A stretch of 64,000 nucleotides of DNA from a virus. A program made the translations under genes and the position numbers. The first letter of the stretch is position 1. Each line of letters starts with the position of its first letter. The notes below the pieces were generated by a model. It saw only the letters and a list, made by a program, of their open reading frames with translations. It was not told the DNA's origin and made no database searches. The stretch covers positions 1 through 64,000 of the IMG/VR virus record IMGVR_UViG_3300005336_000001; one strand, written 5' to 3'. Shown piece after piece: positions 8,290-18,025 of this stretch.

Positions 8290-9543
8290 ATGTTGCGTAA
8301 CTTCTCGAAGCACTTCAATGAGACTGTGTTCCGTGGCCCTGATACTGAAGGTGCTGGTGGTGGCGTGGAACCTGCTGATGTTCTTGATGATGTTGGCACT
8401 GATGATGCTGGCACCGATAATGATCCTGACGACAACGTCAGTGAGCCAGCAGAAGGCGAAGGCACGGAAAAACTTTCAGTCCGTGAACAACTCAAAAAAT
8501 CAATTGCGGAAGTAAATGCGGCTGAAAAGCCCCCAACAAAGCGTGCCAAATCAGGACGTCCTGCTGACAAGCAAGCTGCGACACCGGCACCAGAAGGTGG
8601 TGAGCCCGCTCCAGCGCCAACAACTTCCGCTATTGCCGCACCAGAATCTTTGAGCAAGGAAGCTAAGGCTGTTTGGGATAATGCTCCGCCTGAAATTCAG
8701 GCTGCCTTTATCAAGCGTGAGCAAGATATGGCTCGTGGTGTAGAAGAGCTCAAGCAGAAATATACCCTGATTGATCAGGCGATTGCTCCGCATACCGATG
8801 CATTACGGCAAATGAATGCCACCCCTCAGGAAGCAGTGAACCGCATGTTCCTGTGGTTCAAGGCGTTGGCAGGCAAGCCGGTGGATTCTTTCCCGGCTCT
8901 TGCCCAATCCATGGGTGTTGATTGGAAACAACTTGTTGCGGCCACTTCTGGACAAGCCACTGCCCCGGCACCAGATGGCACTTCACAGACAGGTGCCCCT
9001 GAGATACCAGAGCCGGTTAGGCAGTACGTCGGCCAGCTTGAACAGCAAGTGCAGCGTCTTATGCAACATGTTCAGCAGGTGGATGGACGTTTTGGTTCCA
9101 TGGAACAGTCTGTTCAACAGCAGAACATGGCGCGTACCACGGAAAATCTTAACATTTGGTCAAAGGACAAGCCTTACTTTAATGAGGTTCGTCAGGAAAT
9201 GGCCCGTCTTCTTGAGACTGGGATGGTTCCACTTATGCCAGATGGACAAGTAGACCTCGACACTGCCTACGAACGTGCTATCTATTTCAACCCAGAGGTT
9301 CGGGGTAAGGTGCTTGCTGAACAACAGCAGGCCAACCAGAAGGTCCAACAGCAGACTGCGGAAGCGGCTACAACCGCAACACAGGCGCAAGTTGGACGAG
9401 CCAAAAAGGCCAGTGTTTCAATTCCGGCATCAGGTACCCCCGGCGCAGGCCAAGGTGTTGGTGTTGCGAAAAAGAAACCCGGTGAGAAATTGAGTGTTCG
9501 CGAATCTCTTAAAGCCGCTATGGCTGAGTTGCGCGACCAATAA
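8290..9543 (+). CDS. putative capsid scaffolding protein
   Basis: Acidic/helical 417 aa protein directly before the capsid gene; AAGGAG SD. Confidence 0.75.
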   Translation: MLRNFSKHFNETVFRGPDTEGAGGGVEPADVLDDVGTDDAGTDNDPDDNVSEPAEGEGTEKLSVREQLKKSIAEVNAAEKPPTKRAKSGRPADKQAATPAPEGGEPAPAPTTSAIAAPESLSKEAKAVWDNAPPEIQAAFIKREQDMARGVEELKQKYTLIDQAIAPHTDALRQMNATPQEAVNRMFLWFKALAGKPVDSFPALAQSMGVDWKQLVAATSGQATAPAPDGTSQTGAPEIPEPVRQYVGQLEQQVQRLMQHVQQVDGRFGSMEQSVQQQNMARTTENLNIWSKDKPYFNEVRQEMARLLETGMVPLMPDGQVDLDTAYERAIYFNPEVRGKVLAEQQQANQKVQQQTAEAATTATQAQVGRAKKASVSIPASGTPGAGQGVGVAKKKPGEKLSVRESLKAAMAELRDQ

Positions 9544-9676
9544 GTGTAGAAGTTACGACGTGCCATAATATGAAAGCTGCGGCCTCTCACAAGTGGCCTC
9601 AGCCTCATCCTTAGGCGGTGACATTAGGTTGAGCGTTTGCGTACTAGATTCAACCCCATGATCCACGGAGCCTATA

Positions 9677-10708
9677 ATGGCATTTCCAAATCTTTCGGAA
9701 ATTGTCACTACGACCCTGCGTAACCGCACCGGCGAACTGGCGGACAACATGTCCCGCAACAACGCCGCACTGCTTCGCTTGAGTCGTCGTGGCAATGTAA
9801 AGACCTTCAGCGGTGGCCGTACCATCGTCCAAGAGCTGAATTATGCTGATAACCAGACCTACCAATGGTACTCGGGATATCAGACACTGAACATCGCACC
9901 GAGCCAAGTGTTCTCGGCTGCTGAATACCCAATTCGTCAAGCGGCTGTTGCCGTTTCCATCAGCGGTCTGGAAGAGCTCCAGAACTCCGGTGAGGAAGCA
10001 ATCATCGACCTGCTTGAGTCGCGTATCATGAACGCTGAAGACACCTTCATGAACGGCCTCTCTCAGGGCATCTACGGTGATGGCTCTGTTACTGGTTCGG
10101 TTGGCGGCCTTCAGCTCCTTGTTGCGGCTTCCCCCGGTTCGGGCGTAGTTGGCGGCATTGACCGTTCACAGTGGACCTTCTGGCAGAACCAAGTTTGGTC
10201 GGCTGCTACCAACGGCAACACTGTGCTTTCCTCGGCTACCATCATGCAGCAGATGGACGCTCTGTGGGTACAACTGATCCGTGGCCGGGACTACCCGGAC
10301 CTGATCATCGCTGACAATACCACCTATCGCTATTACCTGAATGCTCTTCAGGCAATCCAGCGTATTCAGGTGGAAAATGGCGCTCCGGATATGGCAGAGG
10401 CTGGCTTCCAGTCACTGAAGTACCTGAATGCCGACGTGGTGCTGGATGGTGGCTTCCAAGGTTTTGCTTCGGACCCTCTGCCCCCACAGGTTTCCACCAG
10501 CAGCTCGGCAGTTGGTGGTGCTCCTTCGACCACAATGTACTTCCTCAATACCAAGTACATCATGTGGCGTCCGCATGCCCGCCGTAACATGGTTCCTCTT
10601 GATCCTGACCGTTTCTCGGTCAACCAAGATGCCATGGTTCGCTTGATTGGTTGGGCGGGGAATATGACTTTGTCCAACGCCTTCCTTCAGGGCGTCCTGA
10701 CTGCCTGA
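9677..10708 (+). CDS. major capsid protein
   Basis: 343 aa; strong codon bias; GGAG SD; MAFPNLSEIVTTTL N-terminus; followed by terminator. Confidence 0.9.
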   Translation: MAFPNLSEIVTTTLRNRTGELADNMSRNNAALLRLSRRGNVKTFSGGRTIVQELNYADNQTYQWYSGYQTLNIAPSQVFSAAEYPIRQAAVAVSISGLEELQNSGEEAIIDLLESRIMNAEDTFMNGLSQGIYGDGSVTGSVGGLQLLVAASPGSGVVGGIDRSQWTFWQNQVWSAATNGNTVLSSATIMQQMDALWVQLIRGRDYPDLIIADNTTYRYYLNALQAIQRIQVENGAPDMAEAGFQSLKYLNADVVLDGGFQGFASDPLPPQVSTSSSAVGGAPSTTMYFLNTKYIMWRPHARRNMVPLDPDRFSVNQDAMVRLIGWAGNMTLSNAFLQGVLTA

Positions 10709-10744
10709 GTTCTCTGGCGTATGCGTTTTCCTCCCTAGACTTTT

Positions 10745-10775
10745 GGGGGCTGTGTAAAAGCAGCCCCCACCTTTT
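10745..10775 (+). terminator. intrinsic terminator after capsid gene
   Basis: GGGGGCTG/CAGCCCCC stem then ACCTTTT. Confidence 0.65.
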
Positions 10776-10786
10776 AGGAGTGTACT

Positions 10787-10987
10787 GTGGCACATGCTTA
10801 TGCGATGTTGATGTTGTATGCAGCAGCTTATGGACCAGCAGACTTTGATACCCGGTTTGGTCACTGGGAATCGCTTAGACCAAGATGTTGTGCTTCTGTC
10901 ATTCATCATGCATCGCCTAAGAAGGTCATTGCAATCAGAAGTAAGAAGCATCAACCGCTCAATATCCTTAAATTCAGTAGGCAGTGA
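10787..10987 (+). CDS. hypothetical protein
   Basis: AGGAG before GTG; ends 2 nt before next ATG. Confidence 0.45.
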   Translation: MAHAYAMLMLYAAAYGPADFDTRFGHWESLRPRCCASVIHHASPKKVIAIRSKKHQPLNILKFSRQ

Positions 10988-10988
10988 C

Positions 10989-11276
10989 ATGAAAGAAGTA
11001 CGAGATTTGGCTACAGGCTTGAAAGAGTCAATTGCTGCAATCAAGAAAGCCAGTCTCGATGCCCGTAGTGGCCTTGATGCTGAAATTGCCCGCTCTCAAA
11101 TCAATGCTGAGAAGGTAAAATCTTTCACAAATGATCTGAAAGAGGCCAATCAAGAAGTTGAAAGTTTTTTGGGTGAATCCAATTCAAATTTTCCTTCTTC
11201 AGAGGATTCAAATACCCAGCAACACGCCTCTGCTGACAAAAATGGGGTGACTCTAAATACGGAGGCTTCCAAATGA
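10989..11276 (+). CDS. hypothetical coiled-coil protein
   Basis: Start trimmed to ATG 10989; ATGA overlap with next gene. Confidence 0.65.
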   Translation: MKEVRDLATGLKESIAAIKKASLDARSGLDAEIARSQINAEKVKSFTNDLKEANQEVESFLGESNSNFPSSEDSNTQQHASADKNGVTLNTEASK

Positions 11277-11638
11277 AGAGACTTACCGCTCTTTGTTTGC
11301 TTTTTTCAATTCTAGCGGCCCCGGCTTTGGCCTCTCCAGCCGCAGGCATCACTCCGTGTAACATCACAGCACAGCCGGGCGATCTAGCTTATTCCACAGG
11401 CTCAGCAAACGTCCATTTGAATACGTGTGGTGAGACACTAATTGTCATTAACAACAGCGCCACTGACGTGCGCTATCGTCTTGGCACCACGAGCGCAACT
11501 ACTGCGGTGATAACTGACCTCTTGCTTCCGAAAGCCACACAAGTGGTCTTGAATGTAGGCCGTTCTGGTTTGTGGTTTGCCGTTATCTCAAGCGGTACAG
11601 GAAGCATCTCGTTTGTTCTTGGGACATCAGGACAATAA
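11273..11638 (+). CDS. signal-peptide-bearing beta-rich protein
   Basis: MKRLTALCLLFSILAAPALA; GGAGG SD. Confidence 0.75.
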   Translation: MKRLTALCLLFSILAAPALASPAAGITPCNITAQPGDLAYSTGSANVHLNTCGETLIVINNSATDVRYRLGTTSATTAVITDLLLPKATQVVLNVGRSGLWFAVISSGTGSISFVLGTSGQ

Positions 11639-11771
11639 TTGACTGTTCTGTTTTTTGTGAGTAAGAATTAAACTGAGTTGAAACCAATCAACCTCCCTGC
11701 GTAACCCGGTAGTGGAAACCAATTCATTACCATCAAGAACTGGTTTTTAGAACTCAACATAGGAGCCTTAA

Positions 11772-12350
11772 ATGGCAGCAGCTATCTTCAGCACTACCGC
11801 GCAGGAAGGCATCGATATTAACGCTGTCTTCATCCAAAGTTCTGGTACCCCAGAATATCCCGCACCCCCGTTCATCGCTGGTGAACTGGCTTGGGGTACT
11901 GACGGTTCCGAGTGGGTTTACTGCACCGCAAGCATTACGATTGCCCCCGGTTCAGTTGTTGTCGCCTCAGCCGTGCCCGGCCAGTGGTCTGTCGCCCTTA
12001 TTGGCGGTGCCACCATTGTAGCGGCTTCGGCCCCTGTAGGCCAACTCGTTGGCGTCACTGGCGGTGCCAGCGGTACCGTGGCCATCCCAGCGCCTGCTTC
12101 ACCGCAGACCGCTACCTACTTCTGGGTTCAACGCGCGGGTAACGCACCACGTGTCAACTCAGCAGCCGCTACCACCAAGAACGCTCAGCTTTATGGAAGT
12201 GCTACCGTGGCAGGTATTGTCAGCTCGACCGCTGGCGGCGTAGGTACTACCTACCAGATCAATGGCCTTGTCATCAGTCAGGCCACTGGTTCCACCGCAG
12301 GACCGAATACTGCGGTTCTTAATTACCCAGTTGTTGGCGCCTCGGCGTAA
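11772..12350 (+). CDS. putative capsid decoration/cement protein
   Basis: A/G/T/V-rich 192 aa; capsid-like codon bias; AGGAG SD; own terminator. Confidence 0.6.
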   Translation: MAAAIFSTTAQEGIDINAVFIQSSGTPEYPAPPFIAGELAWGTDGSEWVYCTASITIAPGSVVVASAVPGQWSVALIGGATIVAASAPVGQLVGVTGGASGTVAIPAPASPQTATYFWVQRAGNAPRVNSAAATTKNAQLYGSATVAGIVSSTAGGVGTTYQINGLVISQATGSTAGPNTAVLNYPVVGASA

Positions 12351-12375
12351 TCTTTTGTGGCATAAAGCGTAACCG

Positions 12376-12410
12376 GAACAGGGGCTTTAAAGTGGCCCCT
12401 GTTCTTTTTT
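12376..12410 (+). terminator. intrinsic terminator
   Basis: GAACAGGGGC/GCCCCTGTTC followed by TTTTTT. Confidence 0.85.
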
Positions 12411-12414
12411 GTAA

Positions 12415-13854
12415 ATGAGGGATCAAATGAAGTTTGAAGAGTACCGCAAATTGTTCTTGCAAGCTCGCGCCACAGGTAACGCTAACGATATGACTTTGTG
12501 GGCCACTGAATTGCTTAAGATTGACGATTCACTGCCTTATGTGTGGGCCAACCGGGGACAAGGGTTAGCCAAGATGGGCTTCCCCATTGATGCCATCCTT
12601 AACTATGATCGCGCACTTGCCCTTGAGACTGACACTGAACAACGAGCTATTCTTTTCAGCAACAAAGGTGCGGCATATTGGGATATGTTCAAGGCAGACA
12701 AAGCACTTCATTGGCTTCTTCAAGCCACTGCTGTTTACCCAATGGCACAAACATACTTGACTCTTGGAAACATCTACAAATATCAAGGTGATTTGGATAA
12801 AGCCATTGAGGCTTATCGCACTTGTGTCAAGATAGACCCTGAATATGCTGACGGTCATCTTGTTCTATCCATGGCACTACTTAAGGATGGAAGTTTACAG
12901 GAAGGTTGGCGTGAATATGAGTGGCGTTGGAAGACAGATCAACTTCCAGCTCGCAAGTTGAAATGCCCGCAGTGGTCAGGCCAAGATTTGACCAATAAAA
13001 TCATCCTGATCTACGGTGAACAGGGCTTGGGCGATATCCTTCAGTTTGCCCGGTACGCCAGAGTGTTGGGGAATCAATTCCCACGTTGTAAAATCATCCT
13101 AGAGGGACGCCCACAGGTCAAGCGTCTGCTTGAAACCATCCCTGAAGTCTATTCAGTGATCAATGCGGGTGAGCGTTTGCCAGAATTGGACTATGCGGTG
13201 CCCATGTTGACCTTGGCAGGCATATTGACACCAACCATCCATTCAATTCCTGCACTTGAGCATGAATATTTTATCCGAAAATCTGATGTTGACGTGTGGG
13301 AGGATAGACTTCAGCCTCTGACTAGTCGCGCGCCTGAAGCTTTGAAAGTTGGAATTTGCTGGGCAGGCATGTCACGTGATGAACACCCTTCAGCGGCAGC
13401 CATCGATCTGCTCCGTTCCACCACACTTGCTTCATTTGCACCTCTAGCACGCATCCCCAACATTCTTTGGGTGTCTTTGCAGAAGGGAAAGCCTGCGGAA
13501 CAAATAAAAACTCCTCCACCGGGCATGACAATTGGTGATTTTACTGAAGATATGCACGATTTCTATGAAACATGTTGTGCTGTATCCAATTGTGATCTTG
13601 TTATATCAGTGGATACTGCTGTGGTGCATGCTGCGGCCTCAGTAGGAGTACCTACGTGGGTACTTAGCCGTTGGGATGGCTGTTGGCGCTGGTTTGGCAA
13701 TCGTGAAGATAGCCCTTGGTATCCCTCTTTGCGTCAATTTGTGCAACCTTCTCCCGGAGATTGGGATGGAATGCTAGCGAACGTCGCAAAAGAGCTGATT
13801 AAGCTTACTGAAGATAAAAATGAACCAGAGTTAAACTTGACTCTGGCCAAGTAA
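12415..13854 (+). CDS. TPR-repeat glycosyltransferase (GT-B, GT9-like)
   Basis: N-terminal TPRs; EQGLGDILQFARY, VGICWAG, DLVISVDTAVVH. Confidence 0.9.
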   Translation: MRDQMKFEEYRKLFLQARATGNANDMTLWATELLKIDDSLPYVWANRGQGLAKMGFPIDAILNYDRALALETDTEQRAILFSNKGAAYWDMFKADKALHWLLQATAVYPMAQTYLTLGNIYKYQGDLDKAIEAYRTCVKIDPEYADGHLVLSMALLKDGSLQEGWREYEWRWKTDQLPARKLKCPQWSGQDLTNKIILIYGEQGLGDILQFARYARVLGNQFPRCKIILEGRPQVKRLLETIPEVYSVINAGERLPELDYAVPMLTLAGILTPTIHSIPALEHEYFIRKSDVDVWEDRLQPLTSRAPEALKVGICWAGMSRDEHPSAAAIDLLRSTTLASFAPLARIPNILWVSLQKGKPAEQIKTPPPGMTIGDFTEDMHDFYETCCAVSNCDLVISVDTAVVHAAASVGVPTWVLSRWDGCWRWFGNREDSPWYPSLRQFVQPSPGDWDGMLANVAKELIKLTEDKNEPELNLTLAK

Positions 13855-13910
13855 TATGAACTGGGCTATCTTCTGCTCAAGACAAAACAGTTTTAACAGG
13901 AGTTTGAGTT

Positions 13911-14726
13911 ATGGAAGACTTTCAATCGCACTCTAGCATTAAGTGGCAGGGCGATGTTGGCGTGGTCCAGTATGGTGGTGGTGATTCCAGCATGGTTGTC
14001 ATGTTCTACATGCGGCCAGTGGCAAATCCTTCCAAATCCACTGAGGCAGGTCGACCATTTTTTGACGATAAGGTTTATGTTCGCATCCACCCACCCGGCG
14101 AACGTCTGAACATCATCGATCGACTCGCTTCTGACGCTGACAAGAAACGCTTCCCCATGCAGTGGGCACAATTCAAAGAAAATGCCCCTCAGGTATCCAA
14201 TGGCACCCCCATTGACATGCTCTTTCCAGCTAACCCTTCCATTGGCGCAGCTCTGAAAGCTTCCGGAGTCCACACTATTGAACAATGTGGCTCTCTATCA
14301 GCCCACGCCATTGAAACCATCGGCATGGGTGCCCAACAGTGGGTGAATGATGCTCAACGTTATCTTGAGGTAGCGAATAAGGGCGTCAAAGCTTCTCAAA
14401 TGAAGCAGGCTCTTGAAGAGCGCGATCGCACCATTGGTCACCTTGAACACAAGATTGATCTTCTTGAAACAGAACTCAATCATCTGCGCGAAACTGCTTC
14501 TCAGGCAGTCACCATGCAAGATGTGCAACAAATGATGGCAAATGCTGGTGGCAAACATGGCGTTCGCCCACAATACGCTACCACAGCCAAGCAACTTCCT
14601 CCTTCATTTGACTCGCAAACTGCTCAGATCAATGGGACGCACATTACTCGTGATTTGGCGAAAACTAAGAAGCCGAGTAAAGTGTCCGTTGCCACCCCAA
14701 AGCGTCAACGTATTCGCGTTTCGTAA
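13911..14726 (+). CDS. hypothetical phage protein
   Basis: 271 aa; AGGAG SD. Confidence 0.8.
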   Translation: MEDFQSHSSIKWQGDVGVVQYGGGDSSMVVMFYMRPVANPSKSTEAGRPFFDDKVYVRIHPPGERLNIIDRLASDADKKRFPMQWAQFKENAPQVSNGTPIDMLFPANPSIGAALKASGVHTIEQCGSLSAHAIETIGMGAQQWVNDAQRYLEVANKGVKASQMKQALEERDRTIGHLEHKIDLLETELNHLRETASQAVTMQDVQQMMANAGGKHGVRPQYATTAKQLPPSFDSQTAQINGTHITRDLAKTKKPSKVSVATPKRQRIRVS

Positions 14727-14756
14727 TATCATCAACACTCCTAAGGAGATTAAAAC

Positions 14757-15128
14757 ATGCCTACTGCTGATGCCCTGATGGGACATGGACTTCCTGCACA
14801 AAGCGCTGAGCAGTTGGGTGGCAATCCATCTGCTCGTGGTCCCGGTATTGGTACCGCACAAGTCGGTGCTAAGACTGTTATTTCAAAGAATACTGAGTTG
14901 ACGCCAACTGCTGGAAATACTGCATACATTCTGCCGAATGGTCTATTCGATAATTTTCAACTTTATAACTCGGCAGCTACCGCAGTAACCGCGCTCGTGT
15001 ATGCCCCAGTAGGGCACACCATGAATGGTGGTGCATCGGCTTCCACTCCAGTTAGCATTCCTCAGAACAAGGCTGCCATTATCTGGCAGTACAAGCCAAA
15101 CTTCTGGGCTTCCGTTCTGACGGCGTGA
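14757..15128 (+). CDS. putative virion structural protein
   Basis: TAAGGAG SD; 123 aa. Confidence 0.7.
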   Translation: MPTADALMGHGLPAQSAEQLGGNPSARGPGIGTAQVGAKTVISKNTELTPTAGNTAYILPNGLFDNFQLYNSAATAVTALVYAPVGHTMNGGASASTPVSIPQNKAAIIWQYKPNFWASVLTA

Positions 15129-15132
15129 TAAA

Positions 15133-15516
15133 ATGACAATAGTAGATATCCCAGGAATTATCACTGGAATTCAGTATGAGGATGTACCAGCAAACTTTGA
15201 GTTTGTCTCTTTGTCTGCTGGGACAGATGGTACTGATCCTCCAACTGAGATAGGTCCAACTGGGAAGCCAATAACAGTGGTACTGGCTTCAAATACAAAT
15301 CTTGGAGGTTTTTCAACTTCTGGATTTATTATGTCATCAAGTTTCAATGTCGGTGACGTTGTTGAGATCTATTTGGTATCTTCTATTTCTGGCCAAACTC
15401 TTACTGTCTTTGATGAAAACAACAATCAAATTGTCACTAAGAGTGGCCTAGGAGTAGGGGCAGTGTGTCGTAAATTGTCTACAGAAAATGGCATAACTTG
15501 GGGGACCGTGAGTTAA
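15133..15516 (+). CDS. hypothetical protein
   Basis: 127 aa, tightly packed in operon. Confidence 0.7.
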   Translation: MTIVDIPGIITGIQYEDVPANFEFVSLSAGTDGTDPPTEIGPTGKPITVVLASNTNLGGFSTSGFIMSSSFNVGDVVEIYLVSSISGQTLTVFDENNNQIVTKSGLGVGAVCRKLSTENGITWGTVS

Positions 15517-15517
15517 A

Positions 15518-16492
15518 ATGCCGCTTTCGCTGTTGCAAATTATCCAGCGCACCCAAGCAGAGCTTGGATTGCCGCAAGCAGCTACTGTTGCTGGCAATAC
15601 TGACGCCACGACACAGCAAATGTTTGCGTTGGCTAACCGTTGTCTAGACGAACTTCGACGCTGTAACCCTACCGGGTGGACAGCGTTGCAGTTCGAGTAT
15701 GACCTTGTTGTCCCTGTGCCAATCAATACCACTGGAAATTTGTCAACAGCGTACACGGCTATAATTGACACCATCCCAAGCACCGTTGGCTTGGAAGCCA
15801 ATTATTGGTCTGTGTCAGGCAATGATATCCCACAGGCAGCACGTATCAATTCCATAGACAGCCTCACGCAAGTGACCATGTCGATGGAAGCGACCAATGC
15901 GGATATCATTAATGATATCCCAGTGACATTTGCCAAGGATACATTTCCTGAACCATCAGGCTTTGATTGGTTCCAGAACCGCACTATGTGGGATAGGACC
16001 AATCGTTGGGAGCTTATTGGGCCTGATAGCCCGCAATTGGATCAATGGCATCGTTCCGGTATTGTTGTGACTGGACCGCGTAGACACTTCCGTCAACTTG
16101 GCCCGTTTGCAAACAACTTCCGTATCTGGCCACCTCCAACTGAACTAACGTCCCCACTTCAGCTTGTGTTTGAGTTCCTGTCCTTGAATGCTGTACGTGT
16201 TAATAATTCTACAACTGATTTCGCTCAGTACTTTGTAAATGATGCTGACACTTGCCTTCTTGACGAGAACGCCATGATCATGGGGATCAAATGGATGTTC
16301 TGGGAAATCAAGGGTATGGGGAGTTATGCCACGCTTCAAGGTCGTTGGGTGGATTATGTTGACAGGCTGATTGCCCGCGATGGTGCGGCACCTACCTTGC
16401 AACTGGCCAAGCGTGTTTCGCCTGTGTTCATATCACCGTCGAATGTCCAAGATGGATTTTTTCCCGGTCCAAGCGGTCAAAACGGGACCTGA
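15518..16492 (+). CDS. head-tail adaptor / tail tubular A-like protein
   Basis: MPLSLLQIIQR...ELGL N-terminus; helical C-terminus; position. Confidence 0.65.
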   Translation: MPLSLLQIIQRTQAELGLPQAATVAGNTDATTQQMFALANRCLDELRRCNPTGWTALQFEYDLVVPVPINTTGNLSTAYTAIIDTIPSTVGLEANYWSVSGNDIPQAARINSIDSLTQVTMSMEATNADIINDIPVTFAKDTFPEPSGFDWFQNRTMWDRTNRWELIGPDSPQLDQWHRSGIVVTGPRRHFRQLGPFANNFRIWPPPTELTSPLQLVFEFLSLNAVRVNNSTTDFAQYFVNDADTCLLDENAMIMGIKWMFWEIKGMGSYATLQGRWVDYVDRLIARDGAAPTLQLAKRVSPVFISPSNVQDGFFPGPSGQNGT

Positions 16493-16547
16493 ATTGGGGT
16501 TATGGTGTGGCGTCATCACAAATTTGGCTTAATTGGGATATTTTGCG

Positions 16548-16736
16548 ATGGCTTTCGGTACAACCAATCTCCAGCAAGTCCTCGCCTATCTGAAGGGTGG
16601 ACATCCAATTAAGCCCCCGGCTGGCGTGCCCGCTGGTACGGTTTTGACTGCCCCATCCCCACCTACCGTTGCATTGTCAAGCATGGCTCAAAAGCCACGA
16701 CAAGCCCTTGTAGCGGCTCCTAAAGTGGGGCCATGA
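16548..16736 (+). CDS. hypothetical protein
   Basis: Short ORF ending 1 nt before next ATG. Confidence 0.5.
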   Translation: MAFGTTNLQQVLAYLKGGHPIKPPAGVPAGTVLTAPSPPTVALSSMAQKPRQALVAAPKVGP

Positions 16737-16737
16737 C

Positions 16738-17043
16738 ATGGCAATGTTTCCAGACCCAAATCTTGTTCTAAAAGCTCTACGTGATCAGGAAGTAAAGCCG
16801 GTATTGCCAGTTCCTGATACTGGTGATGATAATGTGCTTCCTCCTGATCCAGGATACATGGGAAAACAACCTCCGTACATATTTGTGTCTGGAAAAGGGC
16901 AAATGCCTTTTCCAGATAATCGTGATCCACGGACTGATTTTGCTAATAGGTGGCCACAAAACCTTCCGCCATCAGGAATCTTGAATGATTTGCAGCCGCA
17001 ACCACAGATGCCTCCTTTGATGCGAAGGTTGCCTAATGGCTGA
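16738..17043 (+). CDS. Pro-rich hypothetical protein
   Basis: 101 aa; overlaps next start. Confidence 0.65.
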   Translation: MAMFPDPNLVLKALRDQEVKPVLPVPDTGDDNVLPPDPGYMGKQPPYIFVSGKGQMPFPDNRDPRTDFANRWPQNLPPSGILNDLQPQPQMPPLMRRLPNG

Positions 17044-18025
17044 CAATTCGATCATCAATGCCCTGAAAGGTGTGGACCCAGCGGATGCAATGCCCTTTGG
17101 GGCTGCAAACACGCCCGAAGGTTCTCCAACTATGTTTGGGAACATGCTCAGTGGTTTAATGAGCATGCCTAAGCACTTGATTGATGCTGCCAAGACATAT
17201 GATCCACAAGACCCTCATGGGTCCATTGATCGGCTGATCCCTGCTTCCACTGAGACAGCGATGTCTTTGGCTGGTGTGGGCGCTCCTGCGGCAGAAGTAG
17301 GCGCGGCAGGTATCTTTGGTGGCAAGCTTGCCAAGACAGCAGATATGAAAGCACTCATCGAAGCCAATGACATGTTTAAGGGCTCAAAGCCCATGTCACA
17401 GATTTATGGTGATACTGGTTGGTTTAAATCTCCAACCGATATGAAGTGGCGTTTTGAAATCCCTGATGACAGATCACGAATGATCGGCCATGGTCTAGAT
17501 TATTCTAAAGAAGGAAATTTTGTAAGAGGCCCTGCTGGTGTGATACTGGATCATCCTGAGTTATACAAAGCATACCCACAGCTTGCAAAAGATGACATGT
17601 ATAATTCAGTTTTTCACAATGCTCCTAACGGTGTTGGACGTGGATCATACGACCCAGTAAATGGAGTGGCTGAAATTGAAGCTGGAAATTTAGATAATGC
17701 ACGTAATGTCGCGTTGCATGAAATGCAACATGGTGTTCAAACACTTGAGAATTTTGCACCGGGTGGAAATCCAAGACGGATAGAATACCTTCAAAGATAC
17801 GCGCAAAGTAAACTTCCATTAAATGAACTTAAGAGTGATCCAAACGATGTGTATGCACGTCTTGGTGGTGAAGTAGAATCTAGAAATGTTCAAACACGTA
17901 TGGATATGACACCTGCGCACCGCCGTTTGGTTTCTCCATGGGAGACTCAAGACACACGTTATTCTGATCAGCTTGCAATGGATCCACGTACTGAGCTAAT
18001 CAGAGCTTTGAGGAATTCACGGTGA
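17036..18025 (+). CDS. LPD23-like domain protein with zincin HExxH motif
   Basis: GWFK...KWRFEIPD, LHEMQHGVQ, YARLGGEVESRNVQTR. Confidence 0.75.
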   Translation: MADNSIINALKGVDPADAMPFGAANTPEGSPTMFGNMLSGLMSMPKHLIDAAKTYDPQDPHGSIDRLIPASTETAMSLAGVGAPAAEVGAAGIFGGKLAKTADMKALIEANDMFKGSKPMSQIYGDTGWFKSPTDMKWRFEIPDDRSRMIGHGLDYSKEGNFVRGPAGVILDHPELYKAYPQLAKDDMYNSVFHNAPNGVGRGSYDPVNGVAEIEAGNLDNARNVALHEMQHGVQTLENFAPGGNPRRIEYLQRYAQSKLPLNELKSDPNDVYARLGGEVESRNVQTRMDMTPAHRRLVSPWETQDTRYSDQLAMDPRTELIRALRNSR

